Shown here: positions 15,201 through 29,229 of the stretch, in pieces
Position numbering within the stretch: position 1 is the first letter of the stretch
Layout of the letters: each line of letters starts with the position of its first letter
NCBI GenBank assembly: GCA_964016885.1
Contig: OZ024742.1
Coordinates: 198,958,001-199,022,000 of the forward strand
Origin: Eledone cirrhosa
Lineage: Eukaryota
DNA: 64,000 nt
Reading direction: 5' to 3'
Notes under the pieces: model-generated
The model's input: only the letters and a program-made list of their open reading frames with translations
Told to the model about the DNA's origin: nothing
The model's database searches: none
Translations under genes and position numbers: made by a program

Positions 15201-18200
15201 GTGTTTACTCCTGCCACAACTGACCACAACATATTAATTGTAGTGTTTACTCCTGCCACAACTGACCCCAACATATTAAATGTAGTGTTTACTCCTGCCA
15301 CAACTGACCACAACATATTAAATGTAGTGTTTATTCCTGCCACAACTGACCACAACATATTAAATGTAGTGTTTACTCCTGCCACAACTGACCACAACAT
15401 ATTAAATGTAGTGTTTACTCCTGCCACAACTGACCACAACATATTAAATGTAGTGTTTACTTCTGCCACAACTGACCCCAACATATTAAATATAGTGTTT
15501 ACTCCTGCCACAACTGACCACAACATATTAAATGTAGTGTTTACTACTGCCACAACTGACCCCAACATATTAAATGTAGTGTTTACTCCTGCCACAACTG
15601 ACCACAACATATTAAATGTAGTGTTTACTCCTGCCACAACTGACCACAACATATTAAATATAGTGTTTACTCCTGCCACAACTGACCACAACATATTAAA
15701 TGTAGTGTTTACTACTGCCACAACTGACCCCAACATATTAAATGTAGTGTTTACTCCTGCCACAACTGACCACAACATATTAAATGTAGTGTTTACTCCT
15801 GCCACAACTGACCACAACATATTAAATGTAGTGTTTACTCCTGCCACAACTGACCACAACATATTAAATGTAGTGTTTACTACTGCCACAACTGACCCCA
15901 ACATATTAAATGTAGTGTTTACTCCTGCCACAACTGACCACAACATATTAAATGTAGTGTTTACTCCTGCCACAACTGACCACAACATATTAAATATAGT
16001 GTTTACTCCTGCCACACCTGACCACAACATATTAAATATAGTGTTTACTCCTGCCACAACTGACCACAACATATTAAATGTAGTGTTTACTCCTGCCACA
16101 ACTGACCACAACATATTAAATGTAGTGTTTACTCCTGCCACAACTGACCCCAACATATTAAATGTAGTGTTTACTCCTGCCACAACTGACCACAACATAT
16201 TAAATGTAGTGTTTACTCCAGCCACAACTGACAACAACATATTAAATGTAGTGTTTACCCCTGCCACAACTGACAACAACATATTAAATGTAGTGTTTAC
16301 TCCAGCCACAACTGACCACAACATATTAAATGTAGTGTTTACTCCTGCCACAACTGACCACAACATATTAAATGTAGTGTTTACTCCTGCCACAACTGAC
16401 CACAACATATTAAATGTAGTGTTTACTCCTGCCACAACTGACCCCAACATATTAAATGTAGTTTTTACTCCTGCCACAACTGACCCCAACATATTAAATG
16501 TAGTGTTTACTCCTGCCACAACTGACCACAACATATTAAATGTAGTGTTTACTCCTGCCACAACTGACCCCAACATATTAAATGTAGTGTTTACTCCTGC
16601 CACAACTGACCCCAACATATTAAATGTAGTGTTTACTCCTGCCACAACTGACCACAACATATTAAATGTAGTGTTTACTCCTGCCACAACTGACCACAAC
16701 ATATTAAATGTAGTTTTTACTCCTGCCACAACTGACCCCAACATATTAAATGTAGTGTTTACTCCTGCCACAACTGACCACAACATATTAAATGTAGTGT
16801 TTACTCCTGCCACAACTGACCACAACATATTAAATGTAGTGTTTACTCCTGCCACAACTGACCACAACATATTAATTGTAGTGTTTACTCCTGCCACAAC
16901 TGACCCTAACATATTAAATGTAGTGTTTACTCCTGCCACAACTGACCACAACATATTAAATATAGTGTTTACTCCTGCCACAACTGACCCCAACATATTA
17001 AATGTAGTGTTTACTCCTGCCACAACTGACCACAACATATTAAATGTAGTGTTTACTCCTGCCACAACTGACCACAACATATTAAATGTAGTGTTTACTC
17101 CTGCCACAACTGACCACAACATATTAAATGTAGTGTTTACTCCTGCCACAACTGACCACAACATATTAATTGTAGTGTTTACTCCTGCCACAACTGACCA
17201 CAACATATTAAATGTAGTGTTTACTCCTGCCACAACTGACCACAACATATTAAATGTAGTGTTTACTCCTGCCACAACTGACCACAACATATTAAATGTA
17301 GTGTTTACTCCTGCCACAACTGACCACAACATATTAAATGTAGTGTTTACTCCTGCCACAACTGACCACAACATATTAAATGTAGTGTTTACCCCTGCCA
17401 CAACTGACCACAACATATTAAATGTAGTGTTTACTCCTGCCACAACTGACCACAACATATTAATTGTAGTGTTTACTCCTGCCACAACTGACCCCAACAT
17501 ATTAAATGTAGTGTTTACTCCTGCCACAACTGACCACAACATATTAAATATAGTGTTTACTCCTGCCACAACTGACCACAACATATTAAATCTGGTGTTT
17601 ACTCCTGCCACAACTGACCCCAACATATTAAATGTAGTGTTTACTCCTGCAACAACTGACCACAACATATTAAATGTAGTGTTTACTCCTGCCACAACTG
17701 ACCACAACATATTAAATGTAGTGTTTACTCCTGCCACAACTGACCACAACATATTAAATGTAGTGTTTACTCCTGCCACAACTGACCACAACATATTAAA
17801 TGTAGTGTTTATTCCTGCCACAACTGACCCCAACATATTAAATGTAGTGTTTACTCCTGCCACAACTGACCACAACATATTAAATGTAGTGTTTACTCCT
17901 GCCACAACTGACCACAACATATTAAATGTAGTGTTTACTCCTGCCACAACTGACCCCAACATATTAAATGTAGTGTTTACTCCTGCCACAACTGACCACA
18001 ACATATTAAATATAGTGTTTACTCCTGCCACAACTGACCACAACATATTAAATCTGGTGTTTACTCCTGCCACAACTGACCCCAACATATTAAATGTAGT
18101 GTTTACTCCTGCAACAACTGACCACAACATATTAAATGTAGTGTTTACTCCTGCAACAACTGACCACAACATATTAAATGTAGTGTTTACTCCTGCAACA

Positions 18201-21200
18201 ACTGACCACAACATATTAAATGTAGTGTTTACTCCTGCCACAACTGACCCCAACATATTAAATGTAGTGTTTACTCCTGCCACAACTGACCACAACATAT
18301 TAAATGTAGTGTTTACTCCTGCCACAACTGACCACAACATATTAAATGTAGTGTTTACTCCTGCCACAACTGACCACAACATATTAAATGTAGTGTTTAT
18401 TCCTGCCACAACTGACCCCAACATATTAAATGTAGTGTTTACTCCTGCCACAACTGACCCCGACATATTAAATGTAGTGTTTACTCCTGCCACAACTGAC
18501 CCCAACATATTAAATGTAGTGTTTACTCCTGCCACAACTGACCCCGACATATTAAATGTAGTGTTTACTCCTGCCACAACTGACCCCAACATATTAAATG
18601 TAGTGTTTACTCCTGCCACAACTAACCACAACATATTAAATGTAGTGTTTACTCCTGCCACAACTAACCACAACATATTAAATGTAGTGTTTACTCCAGC
18701 CACAACTGACCCCAACATATTAAATGTAGTGTTTACTACTGCCACAACTGACCACAACATATTAAATATAGTGTTTACTCCTGCCACAACTGACCCCAAC
18801 ATATTAAATGTAGTGTTTACTCCTGCCACAACTGACCACAACATATTAAATGTAGTGTTTACTCCTGCCACAACTGACCACAACATATTAAATGTAGTGT
18901 TTACTATTGCCACAACTGACCACAACATATTAAATGTAGTGTTTACTCCTGCCACAACTGACCACAACATATTAAATGTAGTGTTTACTCCTGCCACAAC
19001 TGACCCCGACATATTAAATGTAGTGTTTACTCCTGCCACAACTGACCCCAACATATTAAATGTAGTGTTTACTCCTGCCACAACTGACCCCAACATATTA
19101 AATGTAGTGTTTACTCCAGCCACAACTGACCACAACATATTAAATATAGTGTTTACTCCTGCCACAACTGACCACAACATATTAAATGTAGTGTTTACTC
19201 CTGCCACAACTGACCACAACATATTAAAGGTAGTGTTTACTACTGCCACAACTGACCACAACATATTAAATGTAGTGTTTACTCCTGCCACAACTGACCA
19301 CAACATATTAAATGTAGTGTTTACTCCTGCCACAACTGACCCCGACATATTAAATGTAGTGTTTATTCCTGCCACAACTGACCCCAACATATTAACTGTA
19401 GTGTTTACTCCTGCCACAACTGACCACAACATATTAAATGTAGTGTTTACTCCTGCCACAACTGACCACAACATATTAAATATAGTGTTTACTCCTGCCA
19501 CAACTGACCACAACATATTAAATGTAGTGTTTACTCCTTCCACAACTGACCACAACATATTAAATGTAGTGTTTACTCCTGCCACAACTGACCCCAACAT
19601 ATTAAATGTAGTGTTTACTCCTGCCACAACTGACCACAACATATTAAATGTAGTGTTTACTCCTGCCATAACTGACCCAACATATTAAATGTAGTGTTTA
19701 CTCCTGCCACAACTGACCACAACATATTAAATGTAGTGTTTACTCCTGCCACAACTGACCACAACATATTAAATGTAGTGTTTACTCCTGCCACAATTGA
19801 CCACAACATATTAAATGTAGTGTTTACTATTGCCACAACTGACCACAACATATTAAATGTAGTGTTTACTCCTGCCACAACTGACCACAACATATTAAAT
19901 GTAGTGTTTACTCCTGCCACAACTAACCCCGACATATTAAATGTAGTGTTTACTCCTGCCACAACTGACCCCAACATATTAAATGTAGTGTTTACTCCTG
20001 CCACAACTGACCCCAACATATTAAATGTAGTGTTTACTCCAGCCACAACTGACCACAACATATTAAATGTAGTGTTTACTCCTGCCACAACTGACCACAA
20101 CATATTAAATGTAGTGTTTACTCCTGCCACAACTGACCACAACATATTAAATGTAGTTTACTCCTGCCACAACTGACCACAACATATTAAATGTAGTGTT
20201 TACTACTGCCACAACTGACCACAACATATTAAATGTAGTGTTTACTCCTGCCACAACTGACCACAACATATTAAATGTAGTGTTTACTACTGCCACAACT
20301 GACCACAACATATTAAATGTAGTGTTTACTCCTGCCACAACTGACCACAACATATTAAATGTAGTGTTTACTCCTGCCACAACTGACCCCGACATATTAA
20401 ATGTAGTGTTTATTCCTGCCACAACTGACCACAACATATTAAATGTAGTGTTTACTCCTGCCACAAATGACCACAACATATTAAATGTAGTGTTTACTCC
20501 AGCCACAACTGACCACAACATATTAAATGTAGTGTTTACCCCTGCCACAACTGACAACAACATATTAAATGTAGTGTTTACTCCAGCCACAACTGACCAC
20601 AACATATTAAATGTAGTGTTTACTCCAGCCACAACTGACCACAACATATTAAATGTAGTGTTTACCCCTGCCACAACTGACAACAACATATTAAATGTAG
20701 TGTTTACTCCAGCCACAACTGACCACAACATATTAAATGTAGTGTTTACTCCAGCCACAACTGACCACAACATATTAAATGTAGTGTTTACCCCTGCCAC
20801 AACTGACAACAACATATTAAATGTAGTGTTTACTCCAGCCACAACTGACCACAACATATTAAATGTAGTGTTTACTCCAGCCACAACTGACCACAACATA
20901 TTAAATGTAGTGTTTACCCCTGCCACAACTGACAACAACATATTAAATGTAGTGTTTACTCCAGCCACAACTGACCACAACATATTAAATGTAGTGTTTA
21001 CCCCTGCCACAACTGACAACAACATATTAAATGTAGTGTTTACTCCTGCCACAAATGACCACAACATATTAAATGTAGTGTTTACTCCAGCCACAACTGA
21101 CCACAACATATTAAATGTAGTGTTTACCCCTGCCACAACTGACAACAACATATTAAATGTAGTGTTTACTCCAGCCACAACTGACCACAACATATTAAAT

Positions 21201-21205
21201 GTAGT
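6290..21205 (+). repeat. 7556-bp (180-monomer) tandem segmental duplication: ~6290-13650 and ~13845-21205
   Basis: ORF pairs 6973-12132/14529-19688 and 12138-12620/19694-20176 have the same length and matching translation at offset 7556 = 180x42-4. Three deletions (1+1+2 bp) and rare variants (ACTTCT, ACACCTGA, CCTTCC, CCCTAAC, CTGGTG) recur at that offset. Confidence 0.95.
12920..13800 (+). repeat. Incipient 126-bp trimeric higher-order repeat [T21A][T21A][T18C+C34A]; also at ~20490-21320, ~22040-22700, ~25990-26820
   Basis: Repeating pattern CCAGCC, CCAGCC, ACCCCT..GACAAC read directly, with occasional dimer steps. Confidence 0.85.
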
Positions 21206-24200
21206 GTTTACCCCTGCCACAACTGACAACAACATATTAAATGTAGTGTTTACTCCTGCCACAAATGACCACAACATATTAAATGTAGTGTTTACCCCTG
21301 CCACAACTGACAACAACATATTAAATGTAGTGTTTACTCCTGCCACAACTGACCACAACATATTAAATGTAGTGTTTACTCCTGCCACAACTGACCACAA
21401 CATATTAAATATAGTGTTTACTCCTGCCACAACTGACCACAACATATTAAATGTAGTGTTTACTCCTGCCACAACTGACCACAACATATTAAATGTAGTG
21501 TTTACTCCTGCCACAACTGACCACAACATATTAAATGTAGTGTTTACTCCTGCCACAACTGACCACAACATATTAAATGTAGTGTTTACTCCTGCCACAA
21601 CTGACCCCAACATATTAAATGTAGTGTTTACTCCTGCCACAACTGACCCCAACATATTAAATGTAGTGTTTACTCCTACCACAACTGACCACAACATATT
21701 AAATGTAGTGTTTACTCCTGCCACAAGTGACCACAACATATTAAATGTAGTGTTTACTCCTGCCACAACTGACTCCGACATATTAAATGTAGTGTTTACT
21801 ACTGCCACAACTGACCACAACATATTAAATGTAGTGTTTACTCCTGCCACAACTGACCACAACATATTAAATGTAGTGTTTACTCCTGCCACAACTGACC
21901 ACAACATATTAAATGTAGTGTTTACTCCTGCCACAACTGACCCCAACATATTAAATGTAGTGTTTACTCCTGCCACAACTGACCACAACATATTAAATGT
22001 AGTGTTTACTCCTGCCACAACTGACCACAACATATTAAATGTAGTGTTTACCCCTGCCACAACTGACAACAACATATTAAATGTAGTGTTTACTCCAGCC
22101 ACAACTGACCACAACATATTAAATGTAGTGTTTACTCCAGCCACAACTGACCACAACATATTAAATGTAGTGTTTACCCCTGCCACAACTGACAACAACA
22201 TATTAAATGTAGTGTTTACTCCAGCCACAACTGACCACAACATATTAAATGTAGTGTTTACTCCAGCCACAACTGACCACAACATATTAAATGTAGTGTT
22301 TACCCCTGCCACAACTGACAACAACATATTAAATGTAGTGTTTACTCCAGCCACAACTGACCACAACATATTAAATGTAGTGTTTACCCCTGCCACAACT
22401 GACAACAACATATTAAATGTAGTGTTTACTCCTGCCACAAATGACCACAACATATTAAATGTAGTGTTTACTCCAGCCACAACTGACCACAACATATTAA
22501 ATGTAGTGTTTACCCCTGCCACAACTGACAACAACATATTAAATGTAGTGTTTACTCCAGCCACAACTGACCACAACATATTAAATGTAGTGTTTACCCC
22601 TGCCACAACTGACAACAACATATTAAATGTAGTGTTTACTCCTGCCACAAATGACCACAACATATTAAATGTAGTGTTTACCCCTGCCACAACTGACAAC
22701 AACATATTAAATGTAGTGTTTACTCCTGCCACAACTGACCACAACATATTAAATGTAGTGTTTACTCCTGCCACAACTGACCACAACATATTAAATATAG
22801 TGTTTACTCCTGCCACAACTGACCACAACATATTAAATGTAGTGTTTACTCCTGCCACAACTGACCACAACATATTAAATGTAGTGTTTACTCCTGCCAC
22901 AACTGACCACAACATATTAAATGTAGTGTTTACTCCTGCCACAACTGACCACAACATATTAAATGTAGTCTTTACTCCTGCCACAACTGACCCCAACATA
23001 TTAAATGTAGTGTTTACTCCTGCCACAACTGACCCCAACATATTAAATGTAGTGTTTACTCCTACCACAACTGACCACAACATATTAAATGTAGTGTTTA
23101 CTCCTGCCACAAGTGACCACAACATATTAAATGTAGTGTTTACTCCTGCCACAACTGACCCCGACATATTAAATGTAGTGTTTACTACTGCCACAACTGA
23201 CCACAACATATTAAATGTAGTGTTTACTCCTGCCACAACTGACCACAACATATTAAATGTAGTGTTTACTCCTGCCACAACTGACCACAACATATTAAAT
23301 GTAGTGTTTACTCCTGCCACAACTGACCCCAACATATTAAATGTAGTGTTTACTCCTGCCACAACTGACCACAACATATTAAATGTAGTGTTTACTCCTG
23401 CCACAACTGACCACAACATATTAAATGTAGTGTTTACTCCTGCCACAACTGACCACAACATATTAAATGTAGTGTTTACTCCTGCCACAACTGACCACAA
23501 CATATTAAATGTAGTGTTTACTCCTGCCACAACTGACCCCGACATATTAAATGTAGTGTTTACTACTGCCACAACTGACCACAACATATTAAATGTAGTG
23601 TTTACTCCTGCCACAACTGACCACAACATATTAAATGTAGTGTTTACTACTGCCACAACTGACCACAACATATTAAATGTAGTGTTTACTCCTGCCACAA
23701 CTGACCCCAACATATTAAATGTAGTGTTTACTCCTGCCACAACTGACCACAACATATTAAATGTAGTGTTTACTCCTGCCACAACTGACCACAACATATT
23801 AAATGTAGTGTTTACTCCTGCCACAACTGACCACAACATATTAATTGTAGTGTTTACTCCTGCCACAACTGACCACAACATATTAAATGTAGTGTTTACT
23901 CCTGACACAACTGACCACAACATATTAAATGTAGTGTTTACCCCTGCCACAACTGACCCCAACATATTAAATGTAGTGTTTACTCCTGCCACAACTGACC
24001 CCAACATATTAAATGTAGTGTTTACTCCAGCCACAACTGACCACAACATATTAAATGTAGTGTTTACTCCTGCCACAACTGACCACAACATATTAAATGT
24101 AGTGTTTACCCCTGCCACAACTGACCCCAACATATTAAATGTAGTGTTTACTCCTGCCACAACTGACCACAACATATTAAATGTAGTGTTTACTCCTGCC

Positions 24201-27200
24201 ACAACTGACCCCAACATATTAAATGTAGTGTTTACTCCTGCCACAACTGACCCCAACATATTAAATGTAGTGTTTACTCCTGCCACAACTGACCACAACA
24301 TATTAAATGTAGTGTTTACTCCTACCACAACTGACCACAACATATTAAATGTAGTGTTTACTATTGCCACAACTGACCACAACATATTAAATGTAGTGTT
24401 TACTCCTGCCACAACTGACCACAACATATTAAATGTAGTGTTTACTCCTGCCACAACTGACCCCGACATATTAAATGTAGTGTTTACTCCTGCCACAACT
24501 GACCCCAACATATTAAATGTAGTGTTTACTCCTGCCACAACTGACCCCAACATATTAAATGTAGTGTTTACTCCAGCCACAACTGACCACAACATATTAA
24601 ATATAGTGTTTACTCCTGCCACAACTGACCACAACATATTAAATGTAGTGTTTACTCCTGCCACAACTGACCACAACATATTAAAGGTAGTGTTTACTAC
24701 TGCCACAACTGACCACAACATATTAAATGTAGTGTTTACTCCTGCCACAACTGACCACAACATATTAAATGTAGTGTTTACTCCTGCCACAACTGACCCC
24801 GACATATTAAATGTAGTGTTTATTCCTGCCACAACTGACCCCAACATATTAAATGTAGTGTTTACTCCTGCCACAACTGACCACAACATATTAAATGTAG
24901 TGTTTACTCCTGCCACAACTGACCACAACATATTAAATGTAGTGTTTACTCCTGCCATAACTGACCCCAACATATTAAATGTAGTGTTTACTCCTGCCAC
25001 AACTGACCACAACATATTAAATGTAGTGTTTACTCCTGCCACAACTGACCACAACATATTAAATGTAGTGTTTACTCCTGCCACAATTGACCACAACATA
25101 TTAAATGTAGTGTTTACTATTGCCACAACTGACCACAACATATTAAATGTAGTGTTTACTCCTGCCACAACTGACCACAACATATTAAATGTAGTGTTTA
25201 CTCCTGCCACAACTAACCCCGACATATTAAATGTAGTGTTTACTCCTGCCACAACTGACCCCAACATATTAAATGTAGTGTTTACTCCTGCCACAACTGA
25301 CCCCAACATATTAAATGTAGTGTTTACTCCAGCCACAACTGACCACAACATATTAAATGTAGTGTTTACTCCTGCCACAACTGACCACAACATATTAAAT
25401 GTAGTGTTTACTCCTGCCACAACTGACCACAACATATTAAATGTAGTGTTTACTCCTGCCACAACTGACCCCAACATATTAAATGTAGTGTTTACTCCTG
25501 CCACAACTGACCCCAACATATTAAATGTAGTGTTTACTCCTGCCACAACTGACCACAACATATTAAATGTAGTGTTTACTCCTGCCACAACTGACCACAA
25601 CATATTAAATGTAGTGTTTACTCCTGCCACAACTGACCACAACATATTAAATGTAGTGTTTACTCCTGCCACAACTGACCACAACATATTAAATGTAGTG
25701 TTTACTACTGCCACAACTGACCACAACATATTAAATGTAGTGTTTACTCCTGCCACAACTGACCACAACATATTAAATGTAGTGTTTACTACTGCCACAA
25801 CTGACCACAACATATTAAATGTAGTGTTTACTCCTGCCACAACTGACCACAACATATTAAATGTAGTGTTTACTCCTGCCACAACTGACCCCGACATATT
25901 AAATGTAGTGTTTATTCCTGCCACAACTGACCACAACATATTAAATGTAGTGTTTACTCCTGCCACAAATGACCACAACATATTAAATGTAGTGTTTACT
26001 CCAGCCACAACTGACCACAACATATTAAATGTAGTGTTTACCCCTGCCACAACTGACAACAACATATTAAATGTAGTGTTTACTCCAGCCACAACTGACC
26101 ACAACATATTAAATGTAGTGTTTACTCCAGCCACAACTGACCACAACATATTAAATGTAGTGTTTACCCCTGCCACAACTGACAACAACATATTAAATGT
26201 AGTGTTTACTCCAGCCACAACTGACCACAGCATATTAAATGTAGTGTTTACTCCAGCCACAGCTGACCACAACATATTAAATGTAGTGTTTACCCCTGCC
26301 ACAACTGACAACAACATATTAAATGTAGTGTTTACTCCAGCCACAACTGACCACAACATATTAAATGTAGTGTTTACTCCAGCCACAACTGACCACAACA
26401 TATTAAATGTAGTGTTTACCCCTGCCACAACTGACAACAACATATTAAATGTAGTGTTTACTCCAGCCACAACTGACCACAACATATTAAATGTAGTGTT
26501 TACCCCTGCCACAACTGACAACAACATATTAAATGTAGTGTTTACTCCTGCCACAAATGACCACAACATATTAAATGTAGTGTTTACTCCAGCCACAACT
26601 GACCACAACATATTAAATGTAGTGTTTACCCCTGCCACAACTGACAACAACATATTAAATGTAGTGTTTACTCCAGCCACAACTGACCACAACATATTAA
26701 ATGTAGTGTTTACCCCTGCCACAACTGACAACAACATATTAAATGTAGTGTTTACTCCTGCCACAAATGACCACAACATATTAAATGTAGTGTTTACCCC
26801 TGCCACAACTGACAACAACATATTAAATGTAGTGTTTACTCCTGCCACAACTGACCACAACATATTAAATGTAGTGTTTACTCCTGCCACAACTGACCAC
26901 AACATATTAAATATAGTGTTTACTCCTGCCACAACTGACCACAACTTATTAAATGTAGTGTTTACTCCTGCCACAACTGACCACAACATATTAAATGTAG
27001 TGTTTACTCCTGCCACAACTGACCACAACATATTAAATGTAGTGTTTACTCCTGCCACAACTGACCACAACATATTAAATGTAGTGTTTACTCCTGCCAC
27101 AACTGACCCCAACATATTAAATGTAGTGTTTACTCCTGCCACAACTGACCCCAACATATTAAATGTAGTGTTTACTCCTACCACAACTGACCACAACATA

Positions 27201-28000
27201 TTAAATGTAGTGTTTACTCCTGCCACAAGTGACCACAACATATTAAATGTAGTGTTTACTCCTGCCACAACTGACCCCGACATATTAAATGTAGTGTTTA
27301 CTACTGCCACAACTGACCACAACATATTAAATGTAGTGTTTACTCCTGCCACAACTGACCACAACATATTAAATGTAGTGTTTACTCCTGTCACAACTGA
27401 CCACAACATATTAAATGTAGTGTTTACTCCTGCCACAACTGACCCCAACATATTAAATGTAGTGTTTACTCCTGCCACAACTGACCACAACATATTAAAT
27501 GTAGTGTTTACTCCTGCCACAACTGACCACAACATATTAAATGTAGTGTTTACTCCTGCCACAACCGACCACAACATATTAAATGTAGTGTTTACTCCTG
27601 CCACAACTGACCACAACATATTAAATGTAGTGTTTACTCCTGCCACAACTGACCCCGACATATTAAATGTAGTGTTTACTACTGCCACAACTGACCACAA
27701 CATATTAAATGTAGTGTTTACTCCTGCCACAACTGACCACAACATATTAAATGTAGTGTTTACTACTGCCACAACTGACCACAACATATTAAATGTAGTG
27801 TTTACTCCTGCCACAACTGACCCCAACATATTAAATGTAGTGTTTACTCCTGCCACAACTGACCACAACATATTAAATGTAGTGTTTACTCCTGCCACAA
27901 CTGACCACAACATATTAAATGTAGTGTTTACTCCTGCCACAACTGACCACAACATATTAATTGTAGTGTTTACTCCTGCCACAACTGACCACAACATATT
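20200..28000 (+). repeat. Duplicated block ~20200-23880 / ~25700-28000 with internal 33-monomer (1386-bp) duplication in the first copy
   Basis: CCTACC followed by CAAGTGA at 21675, 23061 and 27177 (offsets 1386 and 4116 = 98 monomers); CCACAAATGA at 20461 and 25963 (offset 5502 = 131 monomers). Confidence 0.85.
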
Positions 28001-29229
28001 AAATGTAGTGTTTACTCCTGCCACAACTGACCACAACATATTAAATGTAGTGTTTACCCCTGCCACAACTGACCACAACATATTAAATGTAGTGTTTACT
28101 ACTGCCACAACTGACCACAACATATTAAATGTAGTGTTTACTCCTGCCACAACTGACCACAACATATTAAATGTAGTGTTTACCCCTGCCACAACTGACC
28201 CCAACATATTAAATGTAGTGTTTACTCCTGCCACAACTGACCACAACATATTAAATGTAGTGTTTACTCCTGCCACAACTGACCCCGACATATTAAATGT
28301 AGTGTTTACTACTGCCACAACTGACCACAACATATTAAATGTAGTGTTTACTCCTGCCACAACTGACCACAACATATTAAATGTAGTGTTTACTCCTGCC
28401 ACAAGTGACCACAACATATTAAATGTAGTGTTTACCCCTGCCACAACTGACCACAACATATTAAATGTAGTGTTTACTACTGCCACAACTGACCACAACA
28501 TATTAAATGTAGTGTTTACTATTGCCACAACTGACCCCAACATATTAAATGTAGTGTTTACTCCTGCCACAACTGACCACAACATATTAAATGTAGTGTT
28601 TACTACTGCCACAACTGACCACAACATATTAAATGTAGTGTTTACTCCTGCCACAACTGACCACAACATATTAAATGTAGTGTTTACTCCTGCCACAACT
28701 GACCACAACATATTAAATGTAGTGTTTACTCCTGCCACAACTGACCACAACATATTAAATGTAGTGTTTACTCTTGCCACAACTGACCCCAACATATTAA
28801 ATGTAGTGTTTACTCCTGCCACAACTGACCCCAACATATTAAATGTAGTGTTTACTCCTGCCACAACTGACCACAACATATTAAATGTAGTGTTTACTCC
28901 TGCCACAACTGACCACAACATATTAAATGTAGTGTTTACTCCTGCCACAACTGACCCCAACATATTAAATGTAGTGTTTACTCCTGCCACAACTAACCAC
29001 AACATATTAAATGTAGTGTTTACTCCTGCCACAACTGACCACAACATATTAAATGTAGTGTTTACTCCTGCCACAACTGACCCCAACATATTAAATGTAG
29101 TGTTTACTCCTGCCACAACTGACCACAACATATTAAATGTAGTGTTTACTACTGCCACAACTGACCACAACATATTAAATGTAGTGTTTACTCCTGCCAC
29201 AACTGACCACAACATATTAAATGTAGTGT

